A DNA stretch of 58,036 nucleotides from Oscillospiraceae bacterium. Its GTDB lineage: Bacteria > Bacillota > Clostridia > Oscillospirales > Oscillospiraceae. Within the stretch, counting starts at the first letter, position 1. Every line of letters begins with the position of its first letter. A model generated the notes under the pieces. The model made no database searches. It was not told where the DNA came from and saw nothing but the letters and a program-made list of their open reading frames with translations. Below are positions 36,575-45,722 of this stretch, piece by piece. Location of the stretch: contig JAZSCJ010000022.1 of assembly GCA_045602885.1 (NCBI GenBank), positions 1 to 58,036 of the forward strand. The letters are read 5' to 3'. A program made the position numbers and the translations under genes.

Positions 36575-37786
36575 TTATGCCTGGGCGGTCAGCAGCGCGT
36601 GCAGATGGGGGAAACAGCGCAGGGTGCGCTCCAGCGTGCCGGTGACCTGTGCCAGTGTGATGCCGTAATTGGTAAAGGGAATGTTTTGGTCCAGGGCACA
36701 GCGCATGCGGTACTGGATGTCGCGGTCGGTGTTCATGCAGCCGCCGCAATGGATGACCATGGCGTACCGGGACAGATCCTCCGGGAATTCGGTGCCGCTG
36801 CAGGTTTCAAACTGCAGCGTGCAACCGCAGTAGGCCTGCAGCAGCCGGGGGATCTTGACCGTGCCGATGTCGTTGCATTGGCGATGATGGGTGCAGCCCT
36901 CTGCCATAAGAATGATGTCGCCGTCACGCAGATTTTTGGCGGTGGCAATTCCCGCCACGGCAGTCTCCAAAAATCCCTTGTACTGGGCCATGACAATGGA
37001 AAAGGTGGTCAACGGCACCGATTGGGGGGTCACCTTGCTTACCACCGCCAGCGCCTGACTGTCGGTCACCACAAGGGCGGGTGGCTGGCGCAGAGCCTGC
37101 AGCGTGGCTTCCAGCTCGGTCTCCTTGGTGACCAGTGCGATGCCCTGCGCGTCCAAAATGTCACGAATGGTTTGCTGCTGGGGCAAAATGAGCCGGCCCT
37201 TGGGCGCCGATTCGTCAATGGGGCACACCAGCACGACGGTGTCCTGCGGCCGGAGTAGCTGGCCCACGATGCTCCGGTCGGGATCTCCCTTGGGCGCAAG
37301 CTGTGCGATGCGCTCTTTCAAAGCGGTAACACCCTCGCCGGTCAGCGCGCTGACATACAGGGCGCGGTCGGTTTGGTCCGGCCGATTGTGCTGCAGCTCG
37401 CATTTGTTGTAGGCGATCAGATGTGGGATCTGCTTTTGTGCGAAAATGTCCAGAAGTTGTCGGTCAAATTCATTGAGCCCGGCCTGCGCATCGACTACTA
37501 AAACGGCCAGGTCGGTCTTGTTGAGGATTTGCTTTGTTTTCAATACGCGCAGCTCACCCAGCTGGCCCACATCGTCAAAGCCCGGCGTGTCGATGATGAC
37601 CACCGGCCCCAGCGGGAGCAGCTCCATGGCCTTGCTGACCGGGTCGGTGGTGGTGCCCTTCACGTCGGATACCACCGCCAGTGCCTGCCCGGTCACAGCG
37701 TTGACCAGACTGGACTTTCCGGCGTTTCGACAGCCGAAAAAGCCGATGTGCAGCCGCTGGGAGGACGGAGTTTGATTCAAACTCAT
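36575..37786 (-). CDS. hydF: HydF-family GTPase ([FeFe]-hydrogenase maturase scaffold family)
   Basis: G1 GCRNAGKSSLVNA, G3 DTPGFDD, G4 YNKCE. C-terminal cluster motif EGCTHHRQC ... HCGGC. ATG at 37786 after GGGGAAGTG. Confidence 0.85.
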   Translation of the reverse strand: MSLNQTPSSQRLHIGFFGCRNAGKSSLVNAVTGQALAVVSDVKGTTTDPVSKAMELLPLGPVVIIDTPGFDDVGQLGELRVLKTKQILNKTDLAVLVVDAQAGLNEFDRQLLDIFAQKQIPHLIAYNKCELQHNRPDQTDRALYVSALTGEGVTALKERIAQLAPKGDPDRSIVGQLLRPQDTVVLVCPIDESAPKGRLILPQQQTIRDILDAQGIALVTKETELEATLQALRQPPALVVTDSQALAVVSKVTPQSVPLTTFSIVMAQYKGFLETAVAGIATAKNLRDGDIILMAEGCTHHRQCNDIGTVKIPRLLQAYCGCTLQFETCSGTEFPEDLSRYAMVIHCGGCMNTDRDIQYRMRCALDQNIPFTNYGITLAQVTGTLERTLRCFPHLHALLTAQA

Positions 37787-37803
37787 GTTGTGTTCACTTC
37801 CCC

Positions 37804-38928
37804 TCAAAAATCGGTGAACCCCGCATCCACGGTCGGGGCAAAGATGGCCTGTGCCTGCTGGGCGGTCAGTTCAATGCCAAACACGCTCTGGTAGTATTCC
37901 ATGGTTTTCTCGGTAATGTCAATGTCGGCAAACAGCTCGGGGTACACGGTTTTGGCGATCCACAAAAGGGTCACCGGCGTGTCCACCCCCGGCGTATAGC
38001 TGCGATACATCCCCAGCGGCATTTTGTACACCCGTTGATTCTGCACGGCGTCGATCCCGCTCCAGTCATAGCTTCCGATGCGGTTGTTCTCCAGATCGGC
38101 AGGCAGGGCGGTGTTGAAATTGGTCATGAGAATGGTGTCCGGGTTCCATTGGTAAAGCTGTTCCAGTGTGATTTTGACCGAGTTGTCTTCGGTCAGCTCC
38201 CCGGCCACGTTGATAGCGCCCACGGCGTCCGCCCACCATTGGCCGAAAAAGTGCTTGCCCGAAGTCACAATGGCGCTGTCGCTGTACTGGAAGAGAAAAA
38301 ATACCCGGGCACGCTCCTGTGGGGCAAGGCTTTGGGTACGCTCACGCACCAGCGCTGCCGCCTCGTCGCTGTAAGTGCGCACCAGCTGCGCACGGTCATT
38401 GGCGTCCTCCGGGAAGATTTGCTCCAGCAGATCGATCCATTGCCCCAGCGTTTCCACGGCATTGTATTCCCACTTGTTCACCGACACCGCCACGGCGTTG
38501 AATCCGGACTTGCGCAGGCTTTCACCCAGCAGCGTGCTGGACGCGCTGTAAAAAACCACCTGTGGGTCCAGTTTCATCAGCTCTTCGGCGTTGAAATCGG
38601 TGCCGCTGATGGCCGACGTGTCGGCCTGCAGAATTTCCGGATACAGCTGGGACAGCAGACTGTTTTCCGCTGCCGCCATACTGGTGGGCGCCATGGCAAC
38701 GATCTTGTCGGCCGAGTCAAAAAAGACCGAAAGTACCGAGGGCAGCGGGAAAATATCGCACACGGCAATGCGCTCAATGTTTTTGGGCAGCGTTACCTCA
38801 TACCCGGCGTGGTCGGTAATGACGATGTGTTGACCATCGTCTTGGGTCTGGGTCGGGGCTTGCGTGCATCCGGCTATGCCGGTGGCCAGCATACCGGCAG
38901 CCAAAAGCAGACAAATCAGTTTTTTCAT
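37804..38928 (-). CDS. ABC substrate-binding lipoprotein, Fe-chelate/cobalamin type (FhuD/BtuF-like, Peripla_BP_2)
   Basis: Lipobox LATGIAGC. Class III PBP-like sequence. The start lies 1 nt after the upstream stop. Confidence 0.82.
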   Translation of the reverse strand: MKKLICLLLAAGMLATGIAGCTQAPTQTQDDGQHIVITDHAGYEVTLPKNIERIAVCDIFPLPSVLSVFFDSADKIVAMAPTSMAAAENSLLSQLYPEILQADTSAISGTDFNAEELMKLDPQVVFYSASSTLLGESLRKSGFNAVAVSVNKWEYNAVETLGQWIDLLEQIFPEDANDRAQLVRTYSDEAAALVRERTQSLAPQERARVFFLFQYSDSAIVTSGKHFFGQWWADAVGAINVAGELTEDNSVKITLEQLYQWNPDTILMTNFNTALPADLENNRIGSYDWSGIDAVQNQRVYKMPLGMYRSYTPGVDTPVTLLWIAKTVYPELFADIDITEKTMEYYQSVFGIELTAQQAQAIFAPTVDAGFTDF

Positions 38929-38929
38929 G

Positions 38930-40087
38930 TTATTGCACTCCTAACAGGTCGGTTGCTTTGAGCTTGGTAAGGTCGGGGATGTCCTTGCGGCCGATGCGGC
39001 CGGAAAAGGCTTCGTGGGGCAGGGAGATGAAGTTGCACCCCTGGGGCAGGATGGCTTGGTAGAGCGGATCGGCAATGACCGTCCGGGCATCACGGCAGAC
39101 GGTTTGAATTTCTTCTTCCTCCATGACGGTGCGATCGCCGCAGGAGAGCACGCCGTCCAGCTCAGCCAGCGCCTCCAGCGTGGAAAGCACGCGAAACTGC
39201 TTGCCGCACTCCAGATAAATGGCCTGTGCCAGCGAGCGGGAGAGGATGCTCTCGCCAATGATGTAATCGCTGCCCTCCTGGGGGGCGCAATAGGAATCAA
39301 AGACCATGCGATTCTTTCCGTCCTGTGCCGCGGCGCGCAGCAGGGAAACGATCTGTTCACACAGCAAATCGCCCACCGGCGCGGCCACCACATAGGGTGT
39401 TCCAAACCGCTGCAGCAGCAGCTGGGCGGTTTTCATACCCACGCCGGAAATGACCAGATTGACTTGTGCCTGCCCGGCCCGGCGCAGATCGTCCAGCGTG
39501 CTGCCCATGGCCCAGGTGGAGATCACGTCAAAACCCTGCTCGCGCAGATAATTTTGCAGCGAGGGGATGGTACCCGAAAGGGAGAAATCCAGCGGGGTCG
39601 CGCCCAAAATGTTGACGGCATTTTTGCGCTTGTGGGTGGTGGGTTCCACGATACGTGCGGCCAGCGCCTGCAGCGCCTCTGATGCGCCGCACAGATAAGA
39701 GCGCATCCCGTTGGTCTGAAAGCCAAAGCAGGGGATGCCGGACGCCTGCTCAACCTCGTGGGCGATGGCCGGCAAATCGCATCCCGTCATCATGGGGATG
39801 GGCGTTCCAGCCAACGCGGCAAACTTGGGGTGCAGCTGCTCAATGGCGGCGAGCATATCCTGCACCACTTTGTCATCCTCGCCCAGAATGGCTTGCATTT
39901 CAGTCAGCGCGGAAATGAACACCATGCTGTCCGAATCATACCAGCGCGGCTCATCGTGGGTGCTGTAGGTGGAGTTGCAGCCCGAAGCGTCGTGCATGAC
40001 CACCATGCCGCCCAGCTCATACAGCGCCGAGCATACGCCGAACACGTCGGCGGAATAATTGGGTAATACCGTTCGTGCCTGTCTCAT
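38930..40087 (-). CDS. Nitrogenase component 1-type oxidoreductase subunit (NifK/NifN/BchB-like)
   Basis: 385 aa. HDASGCNSTY and PMMTGCD motifs typical of the Oxidored_nitro family. ATGA overlap with the upstream subunit gene. Confidence 0.8.
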   Translation of the reverse strand: MRQARTVLPNYSADVFGVCSALYELGGMVVMHDASGCNSTYSTHDEPRWYDSDSMVFISALTEMQAILGEDDKVVQDMLAAIEQLHPKFAALAGTPIPMMTGCDLPAIAHEVEQASGIPCFGFQTNGMRSYLCGASEALQALAARIVEPTTHKRKNAVNILGATPLDFSLSGTIPSLQNYLREQGFDVISTWAMGSTLDDLRRAGQAQVNLVISGVGMKTAQLLLQRFGTPYVVAAPVGDLLCEQIVSLLRAAAQDGKNRMVFDSYCAPQEGSDYIIGESILSRSLAQAIYLECGKQFRVLSTLEALAELDGVLSCGDRTVMEEEEIQTVCRDARTVIADPLYQAILPQGCNFISLPHEAFSGRIGRKDIPDLTKLKATDLLGVQ

Positions 40088-41403
40088 ATGCAGCTTTCAC
40101 ACCCCAATCCCTTTTCTTGGATCAACCGGGCGGTGTCCTTTTCCTCCCGGAAGGCGTCGATCATCAGCTGTGCCATGCGGGCAATGCCGGAAAAACCGTA
40201 CAATCCGCCGTTTTCCACCAGATTGACAAAATGGGCGCTGTTGGTGAAAAAGGCGGCCTTTTGGCCCAACGCCAGCGTTTTACCCTGGCTTTCCCGTACC
40301 AGCTTGCGCATACCCGCGTGGACGGTGGGATAAACCATCACATCGGGCGCGTGGTCACGCAGCCATTGGTAGTCCTCTTTTTCCTCTGCGCTGAAGCTGT
40401 CCAGAAACAGCGTGTCCACGCAAAAGCCGTGCTCCAGCAGCAGCCGGGCCAGCCCCAGCGGGCGCGAGGTAACGGTGTAGTCAATGGCAATGGGCGTGTT
40501 CCCAATGACCTGCGCAGCCTGTGCCAAAGCCTCGTTGGCCGCCTGCTCTTGGGCGTAGCCGCCGTCGTATTCCGTGCCAAGCTCCTGCGCCAGCGCCGTC
40601 AAATGCGCCCGAATTTCCTGCGCGCCATAGCTGACCGGCACATAGAGGTGCTCCCGTTCCAGCCGCTGGGCCAGTGCCCGGCCGCCCTCCTTGGCCACCG
40701 GCTGGGTGGTCAGAAACAGCGTGCTTTGGCCCATCTGCTGATACTGCTCGTAGCTTTGGCAGTCGGGGATCTGCAACACGGTCCACCCGGCGCGTTGGAT
40801 CAGCGCAACCAGATCACTTTGCGCCTCCATGGAAAAACAGTTTCCCAGAATGGCGCAGGTACGCTCTTGCGCCGGGGTGGGCCGGATCAGACTGTACAGC
40901 TGCCTGCGCATGATCTGATCCGGGGTCAAACCGCTTTTGCGCATGGTGGGGATCATGTAGCAATCGGTAAAATCCACCGTGGGAAATCGCTCACGCAGCA
41001 CCCGATAGCACATGGCAAGATCACAGCCCATGAAGTGGTGGATGCAGCTGCTGTAAACCAGTACGGCACGCGGCAGCTGGGGCAGGCGGTTGAGCACATC
41101 GCTCACGCCCTCGATGAGCAGCTGCTCCATGTCGCCGTTGAGCACATTGTGCTCCTCGATGGCAACGGTGGAAAACCGCCCGGTCAGATTCATCTCGGCG
41201 GCGGACAGCACCACGCCACGCAGACAGCCGGCGGCGCAGACAAAAATCTCGTGGGCCTCGGGCAGCAGCATACCTACGTGCACGATGGTCCATGTGCCCC
41301 GGGCCGGTGCGCTGTATTCCAGCCCCGAGGCAAAGGGGGCAGGGAAGGCCGCGTCGCTCATGGCGACGCGGGGGGCTTGTGTGCCGCCCAGCCGCTTCAG
41401 CAT
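40084..41403 (-). CDS. Nitrogenase component 1-type oxidoreductase subunit (NifD/NifE/BchN-like)
   Basis: About 439 aa. [10 protein letters not shown] and [12 protein letters not shown] motifs. The probable start MLKRLGG at 41403 overlaps the NifH-like stop (ATGCTGA). The track start is 41418. Confidence 0.78.
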   Translation of the reverse strand: MLKRLGGTQAPRVAMSDAAFPAPFASGLEYSAPARGTWTIVHVGMLLPEAHEIFVCAAGCLRGVVLSAAEMNLTGRFSTVAIEEHNVLNGDMEQLLIEGVSDVLNRLPQLPRAVLVYSSCIHHFMGCDLAMCYRVLRERFPTVDFTDCYMIPTMRKSGLTPDQIMRRQLYSLIRPTPAQERTCAILGNCFSMEAQSDLVALIQRAGWTVLQIPDCQSYEQYQQMGQSTLFLTTQPVAKEGGRALAQRLEREHLYVPVSYGAQEIRAHLTALAQELGTEYDGGYAQEQAANEALAQAAQVIGNTPIAIDYTVTSRPLGLARLLLEHGFCVDTLFLDSFSAEEKEDYQWLRDHAPDVMVYPTVHAGMRKLVRESQGKTLALGQKAAFFTNSAHFVNLVENGGLYGFSGIARMAQLMIDAFREEKDTARLIQEKGLGCESCI

Positions 41404-42161
41404 AGGGCCACCCCGCATTCTTGCAGAATGGCATCAGCCAGCGCCCGGTACTCCTGCGCCATCGCGCTGTCCGGGAAGGCTTCGATCACGGTTTGGTTGC
41501 GTTCCTCGGCCTCCTGCACCGTTTCGCTGCGGCTCAGCGTGCCCACAATGTGGCTGCCCACATCCTCGGCCAGCTCCTGCACCTTTTCCAGCTCGTTTTT
41601 CACGTCGCGCCGGTTCAAAATGATACCGCCCAGTCGGGCATAGCCACGGTCCTTGAAGTTTTCCACCGCCATGGCGATGTTGGCCGCGGCGTGCAGGGCC
41701 ATATTTTCGCCCGAAGTAATGATAAACACTTGATCGGCATAGCCGCCGCGCATGGGCATGGAAAACCCGCCGCAAACCACGTCGCCCAATACATCGTAAA
41801 ACACAACGTCGGGCTGATATTTCTCATACGCGCCCTTTTCGGCCAGCTTTTCCAGCGCCGCAATGATGCCGCGCCCGGCACAGCCCATGCCCGGCGTCGG
41901 GCCGCCGGCCTCCACGCAGATCACGCCGCCAAATCCGATGTGTACCATATCCTCCAGCGAAAAATCGTTGTTTCGCTCCCGCACCAGATCCAAAACGGTG
42001 TCCACGCGCTCCAAATGGTGCAGACTGCCGGTGGAATCGGCCTTGGGGTCGCACCCGATCTGCATCACCTTCAGTCCGCGCTCAGCCAGAGCGGCGGCCA
42101 GATTGGATACGGTGGTGGACTTTCCGATCCCGCCCTTTCCATAAACGGCAATTTTAATCAT
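41397..42161 (-). CDS. NifH/BchL/CfbC-family ATPase (nitrogenase iron protein-like)
   Basis: [10 protein letters not shown] Walker A and CDPKADST switch I. Both 4Fe-4S ligand cysteines are present ([18 protein letters not shown]). Confidence 0.9.
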   Translation of the reverse strand: MIKIAVYGKGGIGKSTTVSNLAAALAERGLKVMQIGCDPKADSTGSLHHLERVDTVLDLVRERNNDFSLEDMVHIGFGGVICVEAGGPTPGMGCAGRGIIAALEKLAEKGAYEKYQPDVVFYDVLGDVVCGGFSMPMRGGYADQVFIITSGENMALHAAANIAMAVENFKDRGYARLGGIILNRRDVKNELEKVQELAEDVGSHIVGTLSRSETVQEAEERNQTVIEAFPDSAMAQEYRALADAILQECGVALC

Positions 42162-43242
42162 GATGCTCCTCCTTGTTTTCGTAATTCTTGTGATCGCCGC
42201 GCCCGACCACGATCTCCATGCCCAGCGACTCCACCTGCGCGCGCAGCAGCTGCAGGCTCTCCTCGGCCGTCAGCTGCGCGCCGGCCTTGTGGTCGTAAAG
42301 CATGTAATCCTTGCGTGTGTTCTGGGGAGAAAGATTGGGCATGACCACATTGCATCCGGCCAGAATCCCCTGTATCCGCCCGTCCTCGGCCAGCGTGCCA
42401 AGGGCGGTGGTGGAGGGCAGCAGCACATCGGGCAGCATGATCCGGGTCAAACTCAGACAAAACAGCGTCAGCGAACGGCTGCCCGGGGGGAACTGGGCAA
42501 AGGGGGTGTCTTGATGGGGCAGGAAGGGGCCGATGCCCACCATGGCCGGCTGGAACCGTCCCATAAATTCCATGTCCTCGGCCAGACTTTCCGCGCTTTG
42601 ATAGGGCGCGCCCACCATCATGCCGCAGCCCACTTGATAGCCGATCTGCTTCAATGTCTCCAGACATTGCATGCGGTGCTCAAAGGACATCTGCGCGGGA
42701 TGAAGCTGCTGGTAATGGGCGTACTGCGCCGTTTCATGGCGCAGCAGATACCGATCCGCCCCGGCGGCAAACAGCGCCTCATAGCTGGCCCGACTTCGCT
42801 CACCGATGGACAGCGTCACGGCGCAGTCGGGATAGTTGTGCTTGATCTGTGCAATCAGCGCGACCATCTTCTCGTCGGTCCAGTATCCGTCCTCGCCGCT
42901 TTGCAGCACGAAGGTCCGATACCCCAGCCGATACCCCTCCGCACAGCACTGCAGAATGTCCTCCTGGGAAAGGCGGTAGCGGTGCACATTGCCGTTGGAC
43001 TTGCGGATGCCGCAGTACAGACAGTCATTTTTGCAGATGTTGGAAAACTCAATGATGCCCCGGAAGAAAATCTGGTTTCCAAACTGCTGTCGGGTAATGG
43101 CCCGGGCCAGTTGGGCGGCGTATTCTCTATCCTGCTGTGTAAAGGTGGAAAACAGGGCCACCCAGTCCTCCCGTGCAAGGCACTTGCGCGCGTCAAGGGT
43201 TTGGATGCGTTCCAGATTGGTCAATGGTCTCACCTCCGGCAA
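42154..43242 (-). CDS. hydE: HydE-family radical SAM enzyme
   Basis: [18 protein letters not shown] (CX3CX2C) followed by VLQSGED, as in HydE. The likely true start is TTG at 43224, 8 nt after GGAGG. Confidence 0.83.
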   Translation of the reverse strand: MPEVRPLTNLERIQTLDARKCLAREDWVALFSTFTQQDREYAAQLARAITRQQFGNQIFFRGIIEFSNICKNDCLYCGIRKSNGNVHRYRLSQEDILQCCAEGYRLGYRTFVLQSGEDGYWTDEKMVALIAQIKHNYPDCAVTLSIGERSRASYEALFAAGADRYLLRHETAQYAHYQQLHPAQMSFEHRMQCLETLKQIGYQVGCGMMVGAPYQSAESLAEDMEFMGRFQPAMVGIGPFLPHQDTPFAQFPPGSRSLTLFCLSLTRIMLPDVLLPSTTALGTLAEDGRIQGILAGCNVVMPNLSPQNTRKDYMLYDHKAGAQLTAEESLQLLRAQVESLGMEIVVGRGDHKNYENKEEHHD

Positions 43243-44290
43243 TGTAAGTGGTTTTCACGTGGGCGCCCGGCAAGCGGGACAGCCCATCGGTCAGGCACAG
43301 CACGCGCTCCACCGGCGCGTCCAGAGTCAGCGTGATGATGTTGACCCCCGCCTTGCGATAGGGCAGTCCCATGCGCCCGATCATGTACTGATTGTAATCA
43401 CGCAACAGGTGATTCATCGCCCCGGCGCTTGCGTCGCCCTCCATCAGCACGGTGATCCCGGCAATGACGCGCTCGGGCTTGGCCTGCGTACCCGGCAGGC
43501 GCTCGTCAATGGCCACCGGGATCACATCGGCGTAGGTCTGATCGGCGGTCTCCATGGCACCGATGACCGAGCGCACGCCAAAATACCGCAAAATGTTTTC
43601 CTCGGTCACCACCTGGCGCACCTCACCGAAGCAGTGGCGGCCGTCCTTTGCCAGCATCAGCGCCTTATTGGCGTGGCGCAGGGCGTGGGCCGGATAATGG
43701 GTGTTGAAAATGCAGGTAATGCCTTCCGATGCCAGCTGCGCGATCAAATCCAGCACCAACAGCTGATTCTGGAAATCCAGATTGGATTCCGGCTCGTCCA
43801 AAATCAAAACCTGCGGATCGGACACCAGCGCCCGGGCGATCAGAACCATCTGGAACTCGCCGCCGCTGAGCTGACTGCACAACCGATGGCGTACCGGCTC
43901 CAGTTTGGTGCGCTCCAAAACCCGATCCACTGCGCGGCGGTCGGCCTCCCCCGGCGTGGAAAATACGCCGATGGTCGCCGCCCGGCCCAGCAGGATCATT
44001 TCCTCCACGCTGTAATTGGCCGGGGCCTGCTTGGCTTGCGGCACATAGGAAATGTGCTGCCACAGCGTTTTTTGCGGAATGTCCTTCAAACTCGTCCCAT
44101 CCAGCAGGCTCTCACCGCTGTCCCATGCAAGCAGTCCCATGATGCACCGCAGCAGCGTTGTCTTACCCGCGCCGTTGGGGCCCAAAATGGTCAGCACGTC
44201 ACCGGGCTGCAGGGAAAAGTTGATGCCCGACAAGATCTGCCGCTCATGGCCGGGGTAGGTAAACGACCCGTCCTTCACTTGAAAGCTCAT
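43193..44290 (-). CDS. ABC transporter ATP-binding protein (Fe-chelate/B12 type) fused to a C-terminal TM1266-like ACT/NikR-C-like domain
   Basis: Start MSFQVKDG at 44290 (ATGA overlap with the permease stop). Walker A GPNGAGKTT, LSGGEFQ, LILDEP. The C-terminal ~85 aa are paralogous to the 81-aa protein at 45460-45705. Confidence 0.85.
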   Translation of the reverse strand: MSFQVKDGSFTYPGHERQILSGINFSLQPGDVLTILGPNGAGKTTLLRCIMGLLAWDSGESLLDGTSLKDIPQKTLWQHISYVPQAKQAPANYSVEEMILLGRAATIGVFSTPGEADRRAVDRVLERTKLEPVRHRLCSQLSGGEFQMVLIARALVSDPQVLILDEPESNLDFQNQLLVLDLIAQLASEGITCIFNTHYPAHALRHANKALMLAKDGRHCFGEVRQVVTEENILRYFGVRSVIGAMETADQTYADVIPVAIDERLPGTQAKPERVIAGITVLMEGDASAGAMNHLLRDYNQYMIGRMGLPYRKAGVNIITLTLDAPVERVLCLTDGLSRLPGAHVKTTYIAGGETIDQSGTHPNP

Positions 44291-45321
44291 AAACTCCACC
44301 CCCTGTTTTTGCGCAGAAGATAGATAAAGAAAGGCGCGCCGATCATGGCCGTCAAAACGGAAATGGGGATCTCCTTGGCACTCACGGTGCGGGCGATGGT
44401 GTCCACCGCCAGCAGGAAAGCCGCACCCCAGCCCACGCAGGCCGGCAGCAGCGCCACGTTGTTGCTGCCGTACCGCATACGGCAGATGTGGGGCACCAGA
44501 AGGCCCACCCAGCCCACCTGCCCACACATGGAAACGCAGGATGCCGTGATCACGGTGGCGCAAAGCTGGGACACCATGCGCAGCCGCTTGATGTTCACGC
44601 CCGCGCTGACGGCCTCGTCCTCGGTCAGCACCAGCAGATTCATGCGCCAGCGGATCAAAAGCAGAACGACCATGCCTGCCAGAATGGGCACGCCGCCCAG
44701 CAAAAGCATACCGCCGTCGGCCTGCTCCAGACTGCCCATTAGCCAATAGGTGATGGACGGCAGCTGCGATTCCGTGTCCGCCGTGAACTTGACAAAGGAC
44801 ACCAGCGAGCTGAACAGCGACCCCATCATGATACCGGCCAGAATGGGCGTGCTTTTCGAGCTGCCCAGACCGCGGCCCACCACGCCGGTCAGAAGAACCG
44901 CCAGCAGACCAAACACCAGCGCCAGAAGCTGAACCCCCACACCGTTCCAACCCAGCAGCAGCGCCGCCGCCGCGCCAAAGCTGGCCCCGGATGCCACGCC
45001 CAGCGTGTCCGGGGTGGCCAGCGGATTGGAAAACACGCTTTGATAGGTGCAGCCCGATACCGAAAGCCCTGCCCCCACCAAAACGGCAAGCACCAGCCGG
45101 GGCAGGCGCATGGACCAGACCACAATATTCGCCTGCGCAGAAACCGTGCAGGGCACGCCCAGCTTGCTCAAAAGGGCGCCTGCCACGTCCATGGGCGAAA
45201 GCGCCATGCGCCCGATGCACAATCCGGCAAAAAACAGCACCAGGGGCAGCAGGATGACCCCGGCCAGTTGCCGGCGGCTCAAGCCCGCGCCAAAGCGCGC
45301 AGTATGCGTTGTCTTACTCAT
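44287..45321 (-). CDS. ABC transporter permease, FecCD/BtuC family
   Basis: 344 aa. MRLPRLVLAVLVGAGLSVSG and a polytopic profile typical of FecCD. Confidence 0.88.
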   Translation of the reverse strand: MSKTTHTARFGAGLSRRQLAGVILLPLVLFFAGLCIGRMALSPMDVAGALLSKLGVPCTVSAQANIVVWSMRLPRLVLAVLVGAGLSVSGCTYQSVFSNPLATPDTLGVASGASFGAAAALLLGWNGVGVQLLALVFGLLAVLLTGVVGRGLGSSKSTPILAGIMMGSLFSSLVSFVKFTADTESQLPSITYWLMGSLEQADGGMLLLGGVPILAGMVVLLLIRWRMNLLVLTEDEAVSAGVNIKRLRMVSQLCATVITASCVSMCGQVGWVGLLVPHICRMRYGSNNVALLPACVGWGAAFLLAVDTIARTVSAKEIPISVLTAMIGAPFFIYLLRKNRGWSL

Positions 45322-45360
45322 AAAAAATACCGCCGCATCCCGAAAAAAGGATACAGCGGT
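45322..45360 (-). terminator. Intra-operon intrinsic terminator / attenuator directly upstream of the permease start codon
   Basis: The minus strand reads ACCGCTGTATCC-ttttttcg-GGATGCGGCGGT-atttttt-ATG: a 12-bp stem including 2 G-U pairs, then a U-run. Confidence 0.55.
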
Positions 45361-45459
45361 CGTGCAAAAATCGCCCGGGTCCGCATCGTATCTTTCACCT
45401 CAAGGTTAGTTTCGGTGTCAGGGGATGCTTCACTTTCTATATAAATTTGTAAAATGCGT

Positions 45460-45705
45460 TTACGCTTTGGAAAATACCGCCTTGGCCGCAATGCCGGGCA
45501 GTCGGCCCAGCGCGCCCGTCAGACTGTTGATTTTGTCGCTGGGTGCGTCCATGGCAAGGGAAATGATGCTGATGCCCTTGTCGCGGTAGGGAATGCCCAT
45601 TCTTCCGATGATGTATTGTCCGTATTGATGGAGAAGCACATTCAAGTCTTCCACTGCATCCATATTCTCAACGATAATGCTGATGCAGGCCACTCTTGTT
45701 TCCAT
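45460..45705 (-). CDS. TM1266-like small ACT/NikR-C-terminal-like protein (family annotated as putative iron-only hydrogenase system regulator)
   Basis: 81 aa: ACISIIVENMDAVEDLNVLLHQYGQYIIGRMGIPYRDKGISIISLAMDAPSDKINSLTGALGRLPGI. RBS GGTGAGGTGAG. Confidence 0.78.
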   Translation of the reverse strand: METRVACISIIVENMDAVEDLNVLLHQYGQYIIGRMGIPYRDKGISIISLAMDAPSDKINSLTGALGRLPGIAAKAVFSKA

Positions 45706-45722
45706 TCTCTCACCTCACCGTA

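Noticed and set aside
38930-42161. A genuine nifHDK nitrogenase (N2 fixation).
   Set aside because: No nifB/E/N/V or other FeMo-co assembly genes are nearby. The D- and K-like subunits (about 439 and 385 aa) are shorter than NifD/NifK. The context is HydE/HydF-family and ABC importer genes. I therefore call it only nitrogenase-like, pending ligand-position alignment.
44291-45220. N-terminal 310 aa of the 675-aa track ORF 43193-45220.
   Set aside because: This part overlaps the FecCD permease gene in another frame and is Gly/Arg/Ala-rich nonsense. The ABC ATPase clearly starts at MSFQVKDG (44290) with an ATGA overlap to the permease stop.
45361-45459. Cobalamin riboswitch in front of the BtuCDF/FecBCD-like transporter genes.
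   Set aside because: The leader is only 138 nt, and I could not recognise a B12-box-like element or the usual multi-stem architecture by eye. Only a terminator and possible antiterminator are supported. A Rfam scan would settle it.
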